Source: Escherichia coli | GTDB taxonomy: Bacteria > Pseudomonadota > Gammaproteobacteria > Enterobacterales > Enterobacteriaceae | Reading direction: 5' to 3' (one strand) | Assembly (NCBI RefSeq): GCF_030013595.1 | Contig: NZ_CP122768.1 | DNA length: 64,000 bases | Shown here: piece by piece, positions 43,942 to 54,778 of the stretch | Layout: the number at the start of each line of letters is the position of its first letter | How positions within the stretch are numbered: position 1 is the stretch's first letter | The notes under the pieces: generated by a model | Seen by the model: the letters and a program-made list of their open reading frames with translations, nothing else | What the model was told of the DNA's origin: nothing | Database searches by the model: none | Program-made: the position numbers and the translations under genes

Positions 43942-45588
43942 TTATTCAATCTCTTCACAGACATCCTGAGTTAATCGCCGCATAATATCTTTCCTTAACA
44001 AAAACTTTTGTATTTTACCTGAGGCAGTGCGAGGTAGTTTTTCGATTACCACGATATGTTCAGGATATTTATATTTCGCGACCCGTTTACGGCTAAAAAA
44101 AGTCACCACGTCTTCCAGCGATAATGAATGATGCGGCGCTTTCAGCACGACATAAGCGCATGAGCGTTCACCTAAACGTTCATCGGGCATTGCAATCACA
44201 CAGGCATCGTGAATTTTAGGATGCTGTAATAAAATATCTTCTACTTCACGGCTGCTAATATTTTCGCCGCCGCGGACAATAATATCTTTCTTGCGCCCGG
44301 TTATTTTTATATAGCCAGCCTCATCCATGCGGCAGAGATCGCCGCTGTAATACCAGCCTTCTTCATCCAGCGCACGGGCGGTTAATTCAGGTTCATCAAA
44401 ATACCCCATAAACACATTGGGGCCACGCGAGGCTTCTTCACCTTCGCAACCTGGCGGTAAGGTCTTGCGTGCGTCATCGACCACTTTAATCTCAACTCCT
44501 GCGGCAGCGTAACCATCGGTATGCATAAAGCGCGATAAAGGATCGTCGAGATTCACCACTGCGTGCGGCGAACTTTCTGTGGAACCATAAACACTTAATA
44601 ATTTAATGCCGCGCTGTTGGCATTCACGCGCCACTTTTTTGGGGATTGTGGTCCCGCCGCAAAGAAAGAAGCGCAGCGCTGAAAGGTCAGCGGGTTGTTT
44701 CTCCAGTAAATTCAAAAGATCATAGACAAACGGCGTTGCGCCGAGCATACAGGTGCAACGCTGCTGCTCAAGCAGCGCGAGACACGCATCAGGAGTGAAA
44801 ATATCTAACAACACGCTGCGAGCGCCAATTAAGAATGGTGCCGTTACGCCATGCAGAAAGCCCGTTGCATGACCAAGTGGCGCAGGCATCATAAAGACAT
44901 CCTGCCAGGTCAGATTCAACCGCGCGCAATAAGCCCGCTCACTGGCGAGAATATTGTTATGCGTTAGCATCACGCCCTTTGGCAGACCCTCGGTTCCGGA
45001 GGTAAACAGCACCGCGGCTAATTCATCGCCGTGGACCGTTATCGCCGTGGTCAGAGGAGTATTGTCGGCGATAATCTGACTTAATGAGAGGGAAGAGGTG
45101 GCGGGAGCCAGTTTGTCCACGCCGACAATTTGTTGTAGTTGTAGAAGCTGATTTTGCAGCGGCAGGATTAAATCTACCGGACGCGTTTGTTTAAACAACG
45201 TCGGTGCAAAGAACATTTTTGCCTGACACTTATTGAGTACCCATACCAGTTCTGCTTCCCGCCAGGAAGGCAACAGCGGTACGGAAACCGCACCGATTTT
45301 CAGGCAGGCAAGATAGATAACGGTAAATTCACACCAGCCAGGCAGTTGAAATGCGATACGATCGCCTGATTCAATACCCTTCGCTAACATCCAGTTTGCC
45401 AGACAGCTCGCGGCGTGATCGAGCGCGCTATAGGTGTACGATGCACCATGATTATCGACCACGGCAATTTTGTCTGGCATCGCACGAGCGGTCTGCTGCC
45501 AGTAATCGGCCAGCGAAGCATCGCCCCATAGCCCTTGCTGACGATACGCCGCACGACGTTGTTCGTAAAACGTTAATGTCACTTTCAT
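43942..45588 (-). CDS. fadK: short-chain acyl-CoA synthetase (anaerobic)
   Basis: ORF 43942..45642; recognised FadK/YdiD likely starts at the internal MKVTLTFYEQ (548 aa); AMP-binding motifs. Confidence 0.85.
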   Translation of the reverse strand: MKVTLTFYEQRRAAYRQQGLWGDASLADYWQQTARAMPDKIAVVDNHGASYTYSALDHAASCLANWMLAKGIESGDRIAFQLPGWCEFTVIYLACLKIGAVSVPLLPSWREAELVWVLNKCQAKMFFAPTLFKQTRPVDLILPLQNQLLQLQQIVGVDKLAPATSSLSLSQIIADNTPLTTAITVHGDELAAVLFTSGTEGLPKGVMLTHNNILASERAYCARLNLTWQDVFMMPAPLGHATGFLHGVTAPFLIGARSVLLDIFTPDACLALLEQQRCTCMLGATPFVYDLLNLLEKQPADLSALRFFLCGGTTIPKKVARECQQRGIKLLSVYGSTESSPHAVVNLDDPLSRFMHTDGYAAAGVEIKVVDDARKTLPPGCEGEEASRGPNVFMGYFDEPELTARALDEEGWYYSGDLCRMDEAGYIKITGRKKDIIVRGGENISSREVEDILLQHPKIHDACVIAMPDERLGERSCAYVVLKAPHHSLSLEDVVTFFSRKRVAKYKYPEHIVVIEKLPRTASGKIQKFLLRKDIMRRLTQDVCEEIE

Positions 45589-45644
45589 TTTGGACTCTCG
45601 AGACAGAACATCAGGCCCGAGATGCGGGCCTGTGGGATGCATGA

Positions 45645-45938
45645 TTAGCCGTAGCGAAAATCAATACCGAAGGTGCCTGCAGGATATTGCCACTGTTCGA
45701 GAATAGTGTTGCCGCACAGCACCCGACAGGTGCCGCACTCCAGACAACCGGCGGAATCGAAATGAATGTTTCCTGCGTCATCCTGCTTATAAAGTCCGGC
45801 AGGGCAAGCTTTCATTAATTTACGGAATTCATTGATATCGGGATTTGCCGCCAAAATGATATGCGGGTGGCCCTCATCAACATGGAATTTATTGACGCCT
45901 AATTTGATGTCGACGTTAACCGTAGCGTTCTGGCTCAT
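45645..45938 (-). CDS. ydiT: ferredoxin-like protein (FixX family)
   Basis: 97-aa ORF with a Cys cluster (CPAGLY…CLECGTCRVLC). Confidence 0.85.
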   Translation of the reverse strand: MSQNATVNVDIKLGVNKFHVDEGHPHIILAANPDINEFRKLMKACPAGLYKQDDAGNIHFDSAGCLECGTCRVLCGNTILEQWQYPAGTFGIDFRYG

Positions 45939-47224
45939 AGCGCGGTTGCTCCCTTAATGCCATCTTTCAGCAAGTTGATCAGTCCAATTTTCTTCGCGTG
46001 TCCCATGATCATTTTGCGTACCGGTTGGTTAGGTTTGCCGTCGATGGTGAACATCTCGTTCATGATGTCGGCGACCATTCGTGGGTATTGGCTAAACAGG
46101 CGCGGGTTTTCCATCAGCGCCGGGATCTTGCGGAAATGCTGCATATCGCGCATAACACAACTTTGTTCCAGCTCACGTTTGTATTGCGCCAGACTGCTGG
46201 CGGAGAAATCCGCGCGTTCTTTGGCGGCGATCACCGTTGTGGCGGCAGCCTGAGCCGATGCAATGGCTAAATCCATGCCGCGGACTGTAAAACCCAAATT
46301 CAGGCAGAAGCCTGCGGCGTCACCAACGATCATCACGCCCTCGTTAACCAGTTGCGGCACCATTGCCAGACCGCCTTCCGGCACCATATGCGCGGAATAT
46401 TCAAGCAGTTTGCCGCCGCTGATCAGCGGGCGAATGGCGGGGTGTTGTTTAAAATCTTCCAGCATTTGCGGCACGCTTTTTTGCGCATGGGCGATATCAC
46501 CCAATCCACAAACCAGCCCCAACGATACGGAATCATTGTTGGTATAGAGGAATCCGCCACCCATCAGGCCGTCCGAAGGGGAACCGGCAAACAGCCAGGC
46601 GGCACCTTCCTCGCCCGTAACATTAAAGCGATCGTTGATCTGTTCTGGTGTGAGGCCAATAACCTCTTTAACACCAACAGCGTAATGATGCGGATCGGAA
46701 GCGGGAACCATTCCCAGCGAGCGGCCAAGCATCGAGTTAACGCCATCAGCCAGAATCACCACATTCGCTTCGAGAATATCATCCCCGGCCTGCACGCCAG
46801 TGACCTTGTTTCCTTCACGAACCAGCGCATCGACACGAACGCCCGGGATAAACTGCGCGCCAGCCTGTTCGGCTTGATCCATCAACCACGGGTCCAGACG
46901 ATTACGCAATACGGTATAAGACGCGTGTTGCGGAACATCTGGTTGCTCGCGGTGAAAATCGAGGGTAACGGCACTCTCTTCGGTTAAGAAGGAGATTTTC
47001 TCGCGTGTGACCTTGCGTTCTACCGGCGCTGATGCTGCAAAGCCTGGAATGATCGCTTCAAGTGTGTGGGCATAAAGACGCCCGCCGGTCATGTTTTTAC
47101 ATCCGGCACTGTCGCCGCGTTCTATCACCAGGACATCCAGCCCGGCTCGCGCCATGACCAGTGCGGCAACGCTACCAGCAACGCCCGCACCGACCACAAT
47201 GGCATCAAATTTGTCATCCGACAT
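45935..47224 (-). CDS. ydiS: FAD-dependent oxidoreductase (FixC / ETF-quinone oxidoreductase-like)
   Basis: 429-aa ORF with N-terminal dinucleotide-binding motif (DAIVVGAGVAGSVAA); 4-bp overlap with ydiT. Confidence 0.85.
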   Translation of the reverse strand: MSDDKFDAIVVGAGVAGSVAALVMARAGLDVLVIERGDSAGCKNMTGGRLYAHTLEAIIPGFAASAPVERKVTREKISFLTEESAVTLDFHREQPDVPQHASYTVLRNRLDPWLMDQAEQAGAQFIPGVRVDALVREGNKVTGVQAGDDILEANVVILADGVNSMLGRSLGMVPASDPHHYAVGVKEVIGLTPEQINDRFNVTGEEGAAWLFAGSPSDGLMGGGFLYTNNDSVSLGLVCGLGDIAHAQKSVPQMLEDFKQHPAIRPLISGGKLLEYSAHMVPEGGLAMVPQLVNEGVMIVGDAAGFCLNLGFTVRGMDLAIASAQAAATTVIAAKERADFSASSLAQYKRELEQSCVMRDMQHFRKIPALMENPRLFSQYPRMVADIMNEMFTIDGKPNQPVRKMIMGHAKKIGLINLLKDGIKGATAL

Positions 47225-47279
47225 GCGTTATGCTCCCTTCCCGCTGCGTTTACAGCGGGAGATGTGGTTGAAAGGGGAA

Positions 47280-48218
47280 TTAGCGGCTCAACTGGCTAAT
47301 CAGGGCAGGGACGACTTTGTAGATATCGCCCACCAGACCGTAGTCGGCATAGTTGAAGATTGGCGCATTTTTATCTTTATTGATGGCGACAATCACTTTT
47401 GCGCCGTTGCCGCCAACCATATGCTGGATCTGCCCGGAGATCCCCAGCGTCAGGTAGAGATCGGATTTCAGCAACACGCCGGAGACACCGATATAACGTT
47501 CACGCTCCATCCAGTTCTCGCCTTCGGCAATTGGACGTGAACAGCCGACTTCAGCATTCAGCACCGCCGCCAGTTCGTGGACCATTTTCAGGTCATCCTG
47601 CGCTGCCAGACCACGACCGACGCCAACCACACGTTTTGCTTTGCTCAGGTCCACGCTGCTTGCCGCTTTCGCACGGCGTTCGCGACAGAGAATTTCATGA
47701 CGCGGGGCAACATAAGGTACCGTTTCTGTCGGGCACTGATGAGAGGTATCACTGGTGCACGGTTCCTGAACACCGGGCGCAAGGGTAATGATCGCCAGCG
47801 GGCTGTTGATCTTTTCCTGTGCGAACGCTAACCCGCCATACATCCGGTGTTCGGCGCAAATGTGACCATCGACAATATCCACCGCCGTGGCATCGTTCAC
47901 CAGCGCCGCATTCAGTTGCACACTTAACCGTGCTGCCAGAGCTTTACCGCGTTTCGTCGCGGCCAGCAGCAACATAGAAGGGTGTTTATCTTTCAGCAGG
48001 GCAGCAATGCTTTCGGCGTAATTTTCAGTACGTTGCAGCGCATCATTTTGCTCAAGAACATAAATACATTTTGGACCATAAGGCATAACTGCCTGCGCCT
48101 GGTCGGTATTTTGTACAATGGCATACACCTGTTGGCCCCATTGCTGCGCGCCGCTAAACAATTCAGCATAACGTTCAGGATTATCGCTAAAGACCCAGAC
48201 GCTGTTTAATTGACTCAT
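47280..48218 (-). CDS. ydiR: electron-transfer flavoprotein alpha subunit (FixB-like)
   Basis: 312-aa ORF recognised as YdiR. Confidence 0.85.
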   Translation of the reverse strand: MSQLNSVWVFSDNPERYAELFSGAQQWGQQVYAIVQNTDQAQAVMPYGPKCIYVLEQNDALQRTENYAESIAALLKDKHPSMLLLAATKRGKALAARLSVQLNAALVNDATAVDIVDGHICAEHRMYGGLAFAQEKINSPLAIITLAPGVQEPCTSDTSHQCPTETVPYVAPRHEILCRERRAKAASSVDLSKAKRVVGVGRGLAAQDDLKMVHELAAVLNAEVGCSRPIAEGENWMERERYIGVSGVLLKSDLYLTLGISGQIQHMVGGNGAKVIVAINKDKNAPIFNYADYGLVGDIYKVVPALISQLSR

Positions 48219-48237
48219 CGTTTCTTCTCCGTAGGCT

Positions 48238-49002
48238 TCAGTTCAGGGCTTTCTTCAGATGTTCCGCCAGCTCGGCAATGGCCTCCGGCGAATCGTTATC
48301 GAGAATGATGTGCTTACGTTCTGTTTGCGGCGGTACGCGAATGCTGGTCAGTTCAGCAAGTGGTGCGCTCTGGCTCCAGCCAATATCACTTGCCTGCCAC
48401 TGATTTACCGGTTTTTTACCCGCGCCGAGAATGGCTTTCATCGAAGGAATGCGTGGCACGTTAATATCGGAGGTGACGCAGAGCACGGCTGGAACAGAGA
48501 GTTCAATAACTTCAACATCATCTTCAAGCATGCGTTCAATCACCAGTGTATTGCCCTGACGCTGAATAGCACTCACTGCATTAATCACCGGAAGTTGCAG
48601 AATTTCTCCGACCAGCAAGCCAACCTGCTGGGCATAAAGGTCGCCGGAACCTTCACCAAAGATCAGTAAATCGAAGCCGATCTTTTCAACTGCTGCCGCC
48701 AGCGCCTTTGCGGTATCGAGAGGCAGTGCATGTTCAAGTTGCGCATCCTGCACCAAATACAGGCTATGCGGCCCGCGGGATAGCACGTCTTTACGCACTT
48801 TCGAGTTCTGCAACAATGAGCCGCCAATGGTCAGCGCGGCTATCTCATCGTCATCTGTTGCAATCTGGCTTGCAGCTTCAATGGCATTGAGATCGAACTG
48901 GCTGATTTTGGCGTCGGCATTGTCGAAATTCAGGGTATATTCTGGAGTGACAACAATGTCCTGTTCTTCAGGCACCAGCTTAAAGCAGGTTATTATTTTC
49001 AT
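48238..49002 (-). CDS. ydiQ: electron-transfer flavoprotein beta subunit (FixA-like)
   Basis: ORF 48238..49101; recognised YdiQ starts at the internal MKIITCFKLVPEEQ (254 aa). Confidence 0.85.
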   Translation of the reverse strand: MKIITCFKLVPEEQDIVVTPEYTLNFDNADAKISQFDLNAIEAASQIATDDDEIAALTIGGSLLQNSKVRKDVLSRGPHSLYLVQDAQLEHALPLDTAKALAAAVEKIGFDLLIFGEGSGDLYAQQVGLLVGEILQLPVINAVSAIQRQGNTLVIERMLEDDVEVIELSVPAVLCVTSDINVPRIPSMKAILGAGKKPVNQWQASDIGWSQSAPLAELTSIRVPPQTERKHIILDNDSPEAIAELAEHLKKALN

Positions 49003-49317
49003 GATTTCTCCTGTGAGTCGCATACGGAACCATCTCCGATGGAAGGTAAAAATGGCCTGAAAATAGTGTGCGATAGCGGTGCGGGGTTTTCGACGGAGCA
49101 AGCTGTTTTCCTTGCCAACAATCTTGCAAAAAAAATGCGATCGCTAAAACAAAAGTGCAATTTGCGGCAATATAGTTATTCCATGACCGTACAATCTTGC
49201 ATTCAGTGTAAATAATCTTGTTTAGCTCTCGCTAAACGCGGTTGTATAACCGCAATACACGCCGTATTTTATCCGGCATATATTGTTTTTGCTTGCTCAT
49301 GGAATAGGGAGGTTATC

Positions 49318-50229
49318 ATGTATCAACGCTGTTTTGATAACGCCAGCGAAACGCTGTTTGTCGCCGGTAAAACGCCACGGCTTTCACGTTTTGCATTTAG
49401 CGATGATCCAAAATGGGAGTCCGGACATCACGTTCATGACAATGAAACCGAGTTAATTTACGTCAAGAAAGGGGTAGCAAGGTTTACCATCGATTCTTCG
49501 TTATATGTCGCGCACGCCGATGACATTGTGGTGATAGAACGTGGCAGGCTGCATGCGGTGGCCTCTGACGTTAACGATCCGGCAACGACGTGTACCTGTG
49601 CGCTGTACGGCTTTCAGTTTCAGGGGGCTGAGGAAAATCAGCTACTGCAACCGCATTCTTGCCCGGTAATTGCCGCAGGGCAGGGAAAAGAAGTTATTAA
49701 AACCTTATTTAATGAGCTAAGTGTGATTTTGCCGCAAAGTAAAAATAGCCAAACATCTTCGTTATGGGACGCATTTGCCTATACGTTAGCAATTCTTTAC
49801 TATGAAAACTTTAAAAATGCTTATCGTTCGGAGCAGGGATATATTAAAAAAGATGTTCTGATAAAAGATATTCTTTTCTATCTGAATAATAACTATCGCG
49901 AAAAAATCACTTTAGAGCAGTTATCGAAAAAGTTTCGTGCCAGCGTCAGTTATATTTGCCATGAATTTACCAAAGAGTATCGCATTTCCCCTATTAACTA
50001 TGTTATTCAACGGCGTATGACGGAAGCGAAATGGTCACTCACTAATACTGAATTATCACAGGCAGAGATCTCCTGGCGTGTGGGTTATGAAAATGTCGAT
50101 CACTTTGCCAAACTGTTTTTGCGCCATGTCGGCTGTTCGCCCAGCGATTACCGCAGGCAATTTAAAAACTGTTTTGCGGAACAAGAAATCTTATCTGAAT
50201 TTCCTCAACCGGTAAGTCTTGCCGGATAA
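49318..50229 (+). CDS. ydiP: AraC-family transcriptional regulator
   Basis: 303-aa ORF with C-terminal AraC HTH; divergent from ydiQ. Confidence 0.8.
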   Translation: MYQRCFDNASETLFVAGKTPRLSRFAFSDDPKWESGHHVHDNETELIYVKKGVARFTIDSSLYVAHADDIVVIERGRLHAVASDVNDPATTCTCALYGFQFQGAEENQLLQPHSCPVIAAGQGKEVIKTLFNELSVILPQSKNSQTSSLWDAFAYTLAILYYENFKNAYRSEQGYIKKDVLIKDILFYLNNNYREKITLEQLSKKFRASVSYICHEFTKEYRISPINYVIQRRMTEAKWSLTNTELSQAEISWRVGYENVDHFAKLFLRHVGCSPSDYRRQFKNCFAEQEILSEFPQPVSLAG

Positions 50230-50271
50230 ATCTGGCGGCGCAGTTTGTTAAGAAGCTGCGCCGCCTGCAGA

Positions 50272-51423
50272 TTATTTGTTCTGATAATCTTTCAGGATCT
50301 GCCGACCCGCTACGTAAATCATAATTTCGTCTGTACCGCCGCCGATACGTTCACAACGGACATCACGCCAGAAGCGAGAGACGCGCGCCTCATCGGTATA
50401 GCCCAGACCGCCCATGATTTGAATCGCATCATCAATAACTTCCATTGCGGTACGTGCGCAGTACAGTTTTGCCAGCGCCGCGCTGGTGCGCAGTGACTGA
50501 TGCTGATCGGCTTGCCATGCCACTTTCAGCACCATGTTGCGCATGTTGTCGATCTTAATCGCCATCAGCGCCAGTTTTTCCTGGATCATCTGGTTATGAC
50601 CAATGGGCTTACCAAAAGCGATACGTTGGTTGGCATAGCGGGCGGCATCTTCAAAGGCACACTCGGCAAAGCCGGTGCTGCGCGCGGCGTTGATCAGGCG
50701 CTCCATCTCAAAGTTATACATCACATTGAGGAAACCCATTCCTTCTTCGCCCACCATGTCGCTCTCTTCAACTTCCACGTTGTCGAGATAGACTTCGCAG
50801 GTGCTGAGCATATGCCAGCCGATTTTATGCAGCGGGTTAATCTTAATGCCGGGCTTACTGGAGTCGACCCACCACAGGGTGAAGGCTTTTTTGGGATCTT
50901 TCGGTTCTGGATCGCGCGCCAGCACCAGCATATACGGGTACTCTTTCGCACCGGTAATAAAGGTTTTCTGTCCGTTGATGTAAACCTTGCCGTTTTTACG
51001 CGTGTAAGTGGTGGTGGCGCTGTTGTTATCTGAGCCTGCGCCTGGTTCCGTCAATGCCAGGGCATAGGCGGGATCACCCGTTTCCAGGGTGCTTTCCGCC
51101 GTTTTACGTAGCTGCTCTGCAGAACCGAAACGGCGCATACTGTGAATACATTGACCGTTGGTGATCAAAAATGCCGGGGCACCGCATTTTGACACTTCCA
51201 TCAGCGCCAGCATCTGGGTGACGTAATCCGCAGGGATGCCACCAAATTCTTCCGGCACGCCAAGCATAGAAATGCCGTTATCCGCCAGCGCCCGCATAAA
51301 CTCACGCGGGTATGTCCCGTTTTGATCGCAGGTGCGGAAATACTCTTCCGGGAAGTTGGTCGTAATCAACTCGCGAATACTGGCCAGCAGCAGTTCTTGT
51401 TCTTCAGTTAAAGAAAAATCCAT
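50272..51423 (-). CDS. ydiO: acyl-CoA dehydrogenase (CaiA-like)
   Basis: ORF 50272..51477; recognised YdiO likely starts at the internal MDFSLTEEQELL (383 aa). Confidence 0.85.
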   Translation of the reverse strand: MDFSLTEEQELLLASIRELITTNFPEEYFRTCDQNGTYPREFMRALADNGISMLGVPEEFGGIPADYVTQMLALMEVSKCGAPAFLITNGQCIHSMRRFGSAEQLRKTAESTLETGDPAYALALTEPGAGSDNNSATTTYTRKNGKVYINGQKTFITGAKEYPYMLVLARDPEPKDPKKAFTLWWVDSSKPGIKINPLHKIGWHMLSTCEVYLDNVEVEESDMVGEEGMGFLNVMYNFEMERLINAARSTGFAECAFEDAARYANQRIAFGKPIGHNQMIQEKLALMAIKIDNMRNMVLKVAWQADQHQSLRTSAALAKLYCARTAMEVIDDAIQIMGGLGYTDEARVSRFWRDVRCERIGGGTDEIMIYVAGRQILKDYQNK

Positions 51424-51436
51424 CATTATACTCCTG

Positions 51437-53032
51437 TTAATGAGCCGCTTCAGGCAGGACAAAACCCATCGCCGCATCGATAAATAATCTTTCGTCCATC
51501 AGTTTGAGTTCTGGCGAAATCACTGGGGTGAAATCCATTTTGTCGAGAATATCTTTTTGTAAATCGACGCCAGGGGCGATTTCGATTAAATGCAGGCCGT
51601 CTTCTTTCAGCGTGAATACTGCGCGCTCAGTGATATAACGAACATCCAGCCCTCGCTCGAGAGCGATTTTTCCGCTGAAAGTAATTTCCGGTAGTTCCCG
51701 AATAAATTTCTTCACCCGTCCTTCCTGGACGATATTTAATTTGCCGTCGGTAATTTCTGTTTTTAAACTGCCCGCAGTTAATGTGCCGCAGAAAACGATT
51801 TTCTTCGAAGTGGCACTGATATCAATAAATCCACCGGTGCCCATGATTTTACCATTGAATTTATGCACGCCGACGTTACCGTGCTGGTCGACTTCAGCAA
51901 AACTCAAGTAACAAACATCCAGACCGCCACCGTGATAAAAATCAAACTGGGACGTCATATCCAGAATGGCGCGGGTATTCACGTTCGCGCCAAAGGCGAT
52001 CCCCTGTGAAGTAATTCCGCCAATCGGACCTGTTTCTACCGTCAGAATAAAGTCATCAGCACAACCTTCTTCCCGGGCGACCAGGCCAATGCCGTCAGCA
52101 ATACCGACGCCGACATTCCCCACCGCGCCTTTGCGCATTTCGAATAATGCGCGCCGCGCAACTAATTTACGTTGGTTTAGGGGCAGGCTAAGTTTGGTGC
52201 TTTCATCAAGGGTGAAGTCACCAGAAATAAAGCGGTTAACCGGTGCACCGCCATACAGTTGGGTTTGATCCGGATCGACCACCACAATATCCACCAGATA
52301 ACCCGGAATACGGACAGATTTAGGATGCAGCGTGGCTTTCTTAACCATTTTCTGCACCTGCATCATCACAATACCGCCGTTATTGTGCACCGCCTGGGCA
52401 ATAACCAATGCGTCGAGATACATCACCTCATCTTCAAAAGTGGCGTAGCCTTCGCTGTCGCAGGTGGTAGCGCGAATGAAGGCAATATCTGGCGCTATCG
52501 CTTTGTAATAGAGATATTCTTTGTTTTCAAACTCGACCAGTTTAATCAGGTCTTCTTTAGTGACTTCATTCAGTTTGCCGCCTTGCTGGCGTGGATCGAC
52601 AAATGTTCCGATGCCAATATCACTAATAATACCAGGCTGGTGGGCTGCGGCGGCGCGTAAGGTTTGTGTAAGTACACCTTGTGGATAGTTATAAGCAATA
52701 ATTTTATTTTGTTCTGCGAGATCAGAAATACGCGGCGATTGTCCCCAGTGACCGCATAATGCCCATTTCACCAGACCTTCTTGCGCCAGCGGACTAATAC
52801 CGCGATCGGCGCGATCGCCAAGCCCTGTTGGACTAATAATCGATAAATTACGTGGCGTTTGAGTCTGTTTATATTTATCAGCAAGAGCAGTAATTAACGT
52901 GGTGGCTTCCAGAATACCGCCGCCAGCGCCTAACACACAAAGTGTTGCTTCGTCGGGAATATAATTCACCGCTTCCTGTGCCGACAGGACCGGCACTCGT
53001 CCATTAATACGAGGTGGTTTTACAGGTTTCAT
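51437..53032 (-). CDS. ydiF: fused alpha/beta short-chain acyl-CoA:acetate CoA-transferase
   Basis: 531-aa ORF recognised as YdiF. Confidence 0.85.
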   Translation of the reverse strand: MKPVKPPRINGRVPVLSAQEAVNYIPDEATLCVLGAGGGILEATTLITALADKYKQTQTPRNLSIISPTGLGDRADRGISPLAQEGLVKWALCGHWGQSPRISDLAEQNKIIAYNYPQGVLTQTLRAAAAHQPGIISDIGIGTFVDPRQQGGKLNEVTKEDLIKLVEFENKEYLYYKAIAPDIAFIRATTCDSEGYATFEDEVMYLDALVIAQAVHNNGGIVMMQVQKMVKKATLHPKSVRIPGYLVDIVVVDPDQTQLYGGAPVNRFISGDFTLDESTKLSLPLNQRKLVARRALFEMRKGAVGNVGVGIADGIGLVAREEGCADDFILTVETGPIGGITSQGIAFGANVNTRAILDMTSQFDFYHGGGLDVCYLSFAEVDQHGNVGVHKFNGKIMGTGGFIDISATSKKIVFCGTLTAGSLKTEITDGKLNIVQEGRVKKFIRELPEITFSGKIALERGLDVRYITERAVFTLKEDGLHLIEIAPGVDLQKDILDKMDFTPVISPELKLMDERLFIDAAMGFVLPEAAH

Positions 53033-53111
53033 TGTTAATTCCTGATACAGGTGTGATTTTCCCTACGCCAGATGGAGAATTAGCGCACAGAGACTCACGA
53101 AATATTATTGC

Positions 53112-53870
53112 TTATGCCTGATGTAAAATAGTTAATACTGTGCGCAAATCATTTACCGAGATTTGCCCTGGCGCAGAGGCTTTTTTTACCGCACCAAAAG
53201 TTGCCGCCGAGCCAAATACTTCACCAGCCAGACGAGAAATTACGCCAGTTTTTGCCATCGACATCGTGATGATTGGACGATCGGCATACTGCTCCTGCAT
53301 CTCCAGGGTCGCGGCAAGCAACGTCAGCACATCGCTGGTACTTTGCGGCATCAGCGCAATCTTAGGAATATCGGCGTCGAAGGACTGCATTTTGCGCAGA
53401 CGGGCAATGATTTCTTCGGCTTCCGGCGTTTTATGGAAGTCATGGTTGGACATGACAACTTTCACATCATGCGCGTGGGCGTAGGCGACGGTTTCTTTAA
53501 CCTGATCATCGCCGGTAAATAACTCCAGATCGATCATATCAACCAGGCCACTATCGATGGCTGCACGATTGAGTGCAATATATGCCTCGGTGGAAATCGC
53601 CTGCTCGCCGCCTTCTTTGGCACTGCGGAAGGTAAACAGCAGCGGTTTTTCTGGCATGGTTTCACGGAGAATTTTTGCTGCCGCCATGACAGACTCCACA
53701 TTGGAGAGGTCGGCATAGTGGTCCACACGCCATTCCAGAATATCAAAGTCCGCTTCACGATAGGCGAGAGCTTCGGATTTCACGCTGGCGATATCTTTCG
53801 CCATCAGCGAGACGATGATTTTAGGTGCGCCCGTACCAATGACGAGATCTTTTACAGTTACGGTTTTCAT
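53112..53870 (-). CDS. aroD: 3-dehydroquinate dehydratase (type I)
   Basis: 252-aa ORF recognised as AroD. Confidence 0.95.
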   Translation of the reverse strand: MKTVTVKDLVIGTGAPKIIVSLMAKDIASVKSEALAYREADFDILEWRVDHYADLSNVESVMAAAKILRETMPEKPLLFTFRSAKEGGEQAISTEAYIALNRAAIDSGLVDMIDLELFTGDDQVKETVAYAHAHDVKVVMSNHDFHKTPEAEEIIARLRKMQSFDADIPKIALMPQSTSDVLTLLAATLEMQEQYADRPIITMSMAKTGVISRLAGEVFGSAATFGAVKKASAPGQISVNDLRTVLTILHQA

Positions 53871-53900
53871 TTTTTACCCTTTCTGCACGCGGTCAGCCTG

Positions 53901-54767
53901 TCAGGCACCGAACCCCATGACCTGTTTAACATATTCCAGAGGGAAATCTTTGCCAGTCCATAACGTGAACTGTTCAGCCCCTTGCCACAACAACATGCCG
54001 TATCCATCAATCGTTTTGCAACCAGCTTGTTGCGCCTGCTGCAATAACTTCGTCATATGCGGGTTATACACGCATTCAGTGACCAGAAGTCCCGGATGTA
54101 ACAGACTGATATCATTAACCAATGATTCATTCTCAAGGGGTTTCATACCCACTTTTGTGCCATTGGTTAAAATGTCGGCGGAAGCCAGGGCTTCAGCAAA
54201 GGCTTGCTGATCGGCGAGATCGGTGACCGTGACGACACAATCGGTGTTTTCGTTAACCCGCTGCGCGAAGGCGAGGGCTTTATCGAAGAACTCATCCCGA
54301 CGGTTAAAGAGTTTAATTTCTTTTAAACCTTCAATTGCCCCCTGCGCGCCAATCGCCGTTGAGGCACCTCCGGCCCCTAACAGCACCATCGTTTTGCCTT
54401 TGATATCAAAACCGCTCTCTTTAATGGCGCGAATATGGCCCGTGCCGTCGGTGTTATAGCCACGCAGATAGCCATCATCATTAACGATGGTGTTGATGGC
54501 ACCCACCAGTTTGGCCGCTGGCGTTAATTCATCAACATATTCACACGCCAGTTGTTTGTTCGGCATTGATACACCAGTTCCGCGCATTTTGAGGGCTTTT
54601 AATCCTTCAATTGCTCCGGGAAAACTATCGTTATCCACTTCAAAGGCCATATAGGTAAATGGCAATCCCGCTTTTTCTAAGGCTTTATTCTGCATTTCAG
54701 GCGATAAACTGTGGCGGATGGGATAGGCCATCAGCCCAATCAATTCGTATTTTGCGGTAACATCCAT
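53901..54767 (-). CDS. ydiB: quinate/shikimate dehydrogenase (NAD(P))
   Basis: 288-aa ORF recognised as YdiB (AroE paralogue). Confidence 0.9.
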
Positions 54768-54778
54768 AATTAACTCCT

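Noticed and set aside
46352-46987. 211-aa + strand ORF within ydiS
   Set aside because: Antisense to the ydiS flavoprotein gene, whose dinucleotide-binding motif confirms the - strand frame.
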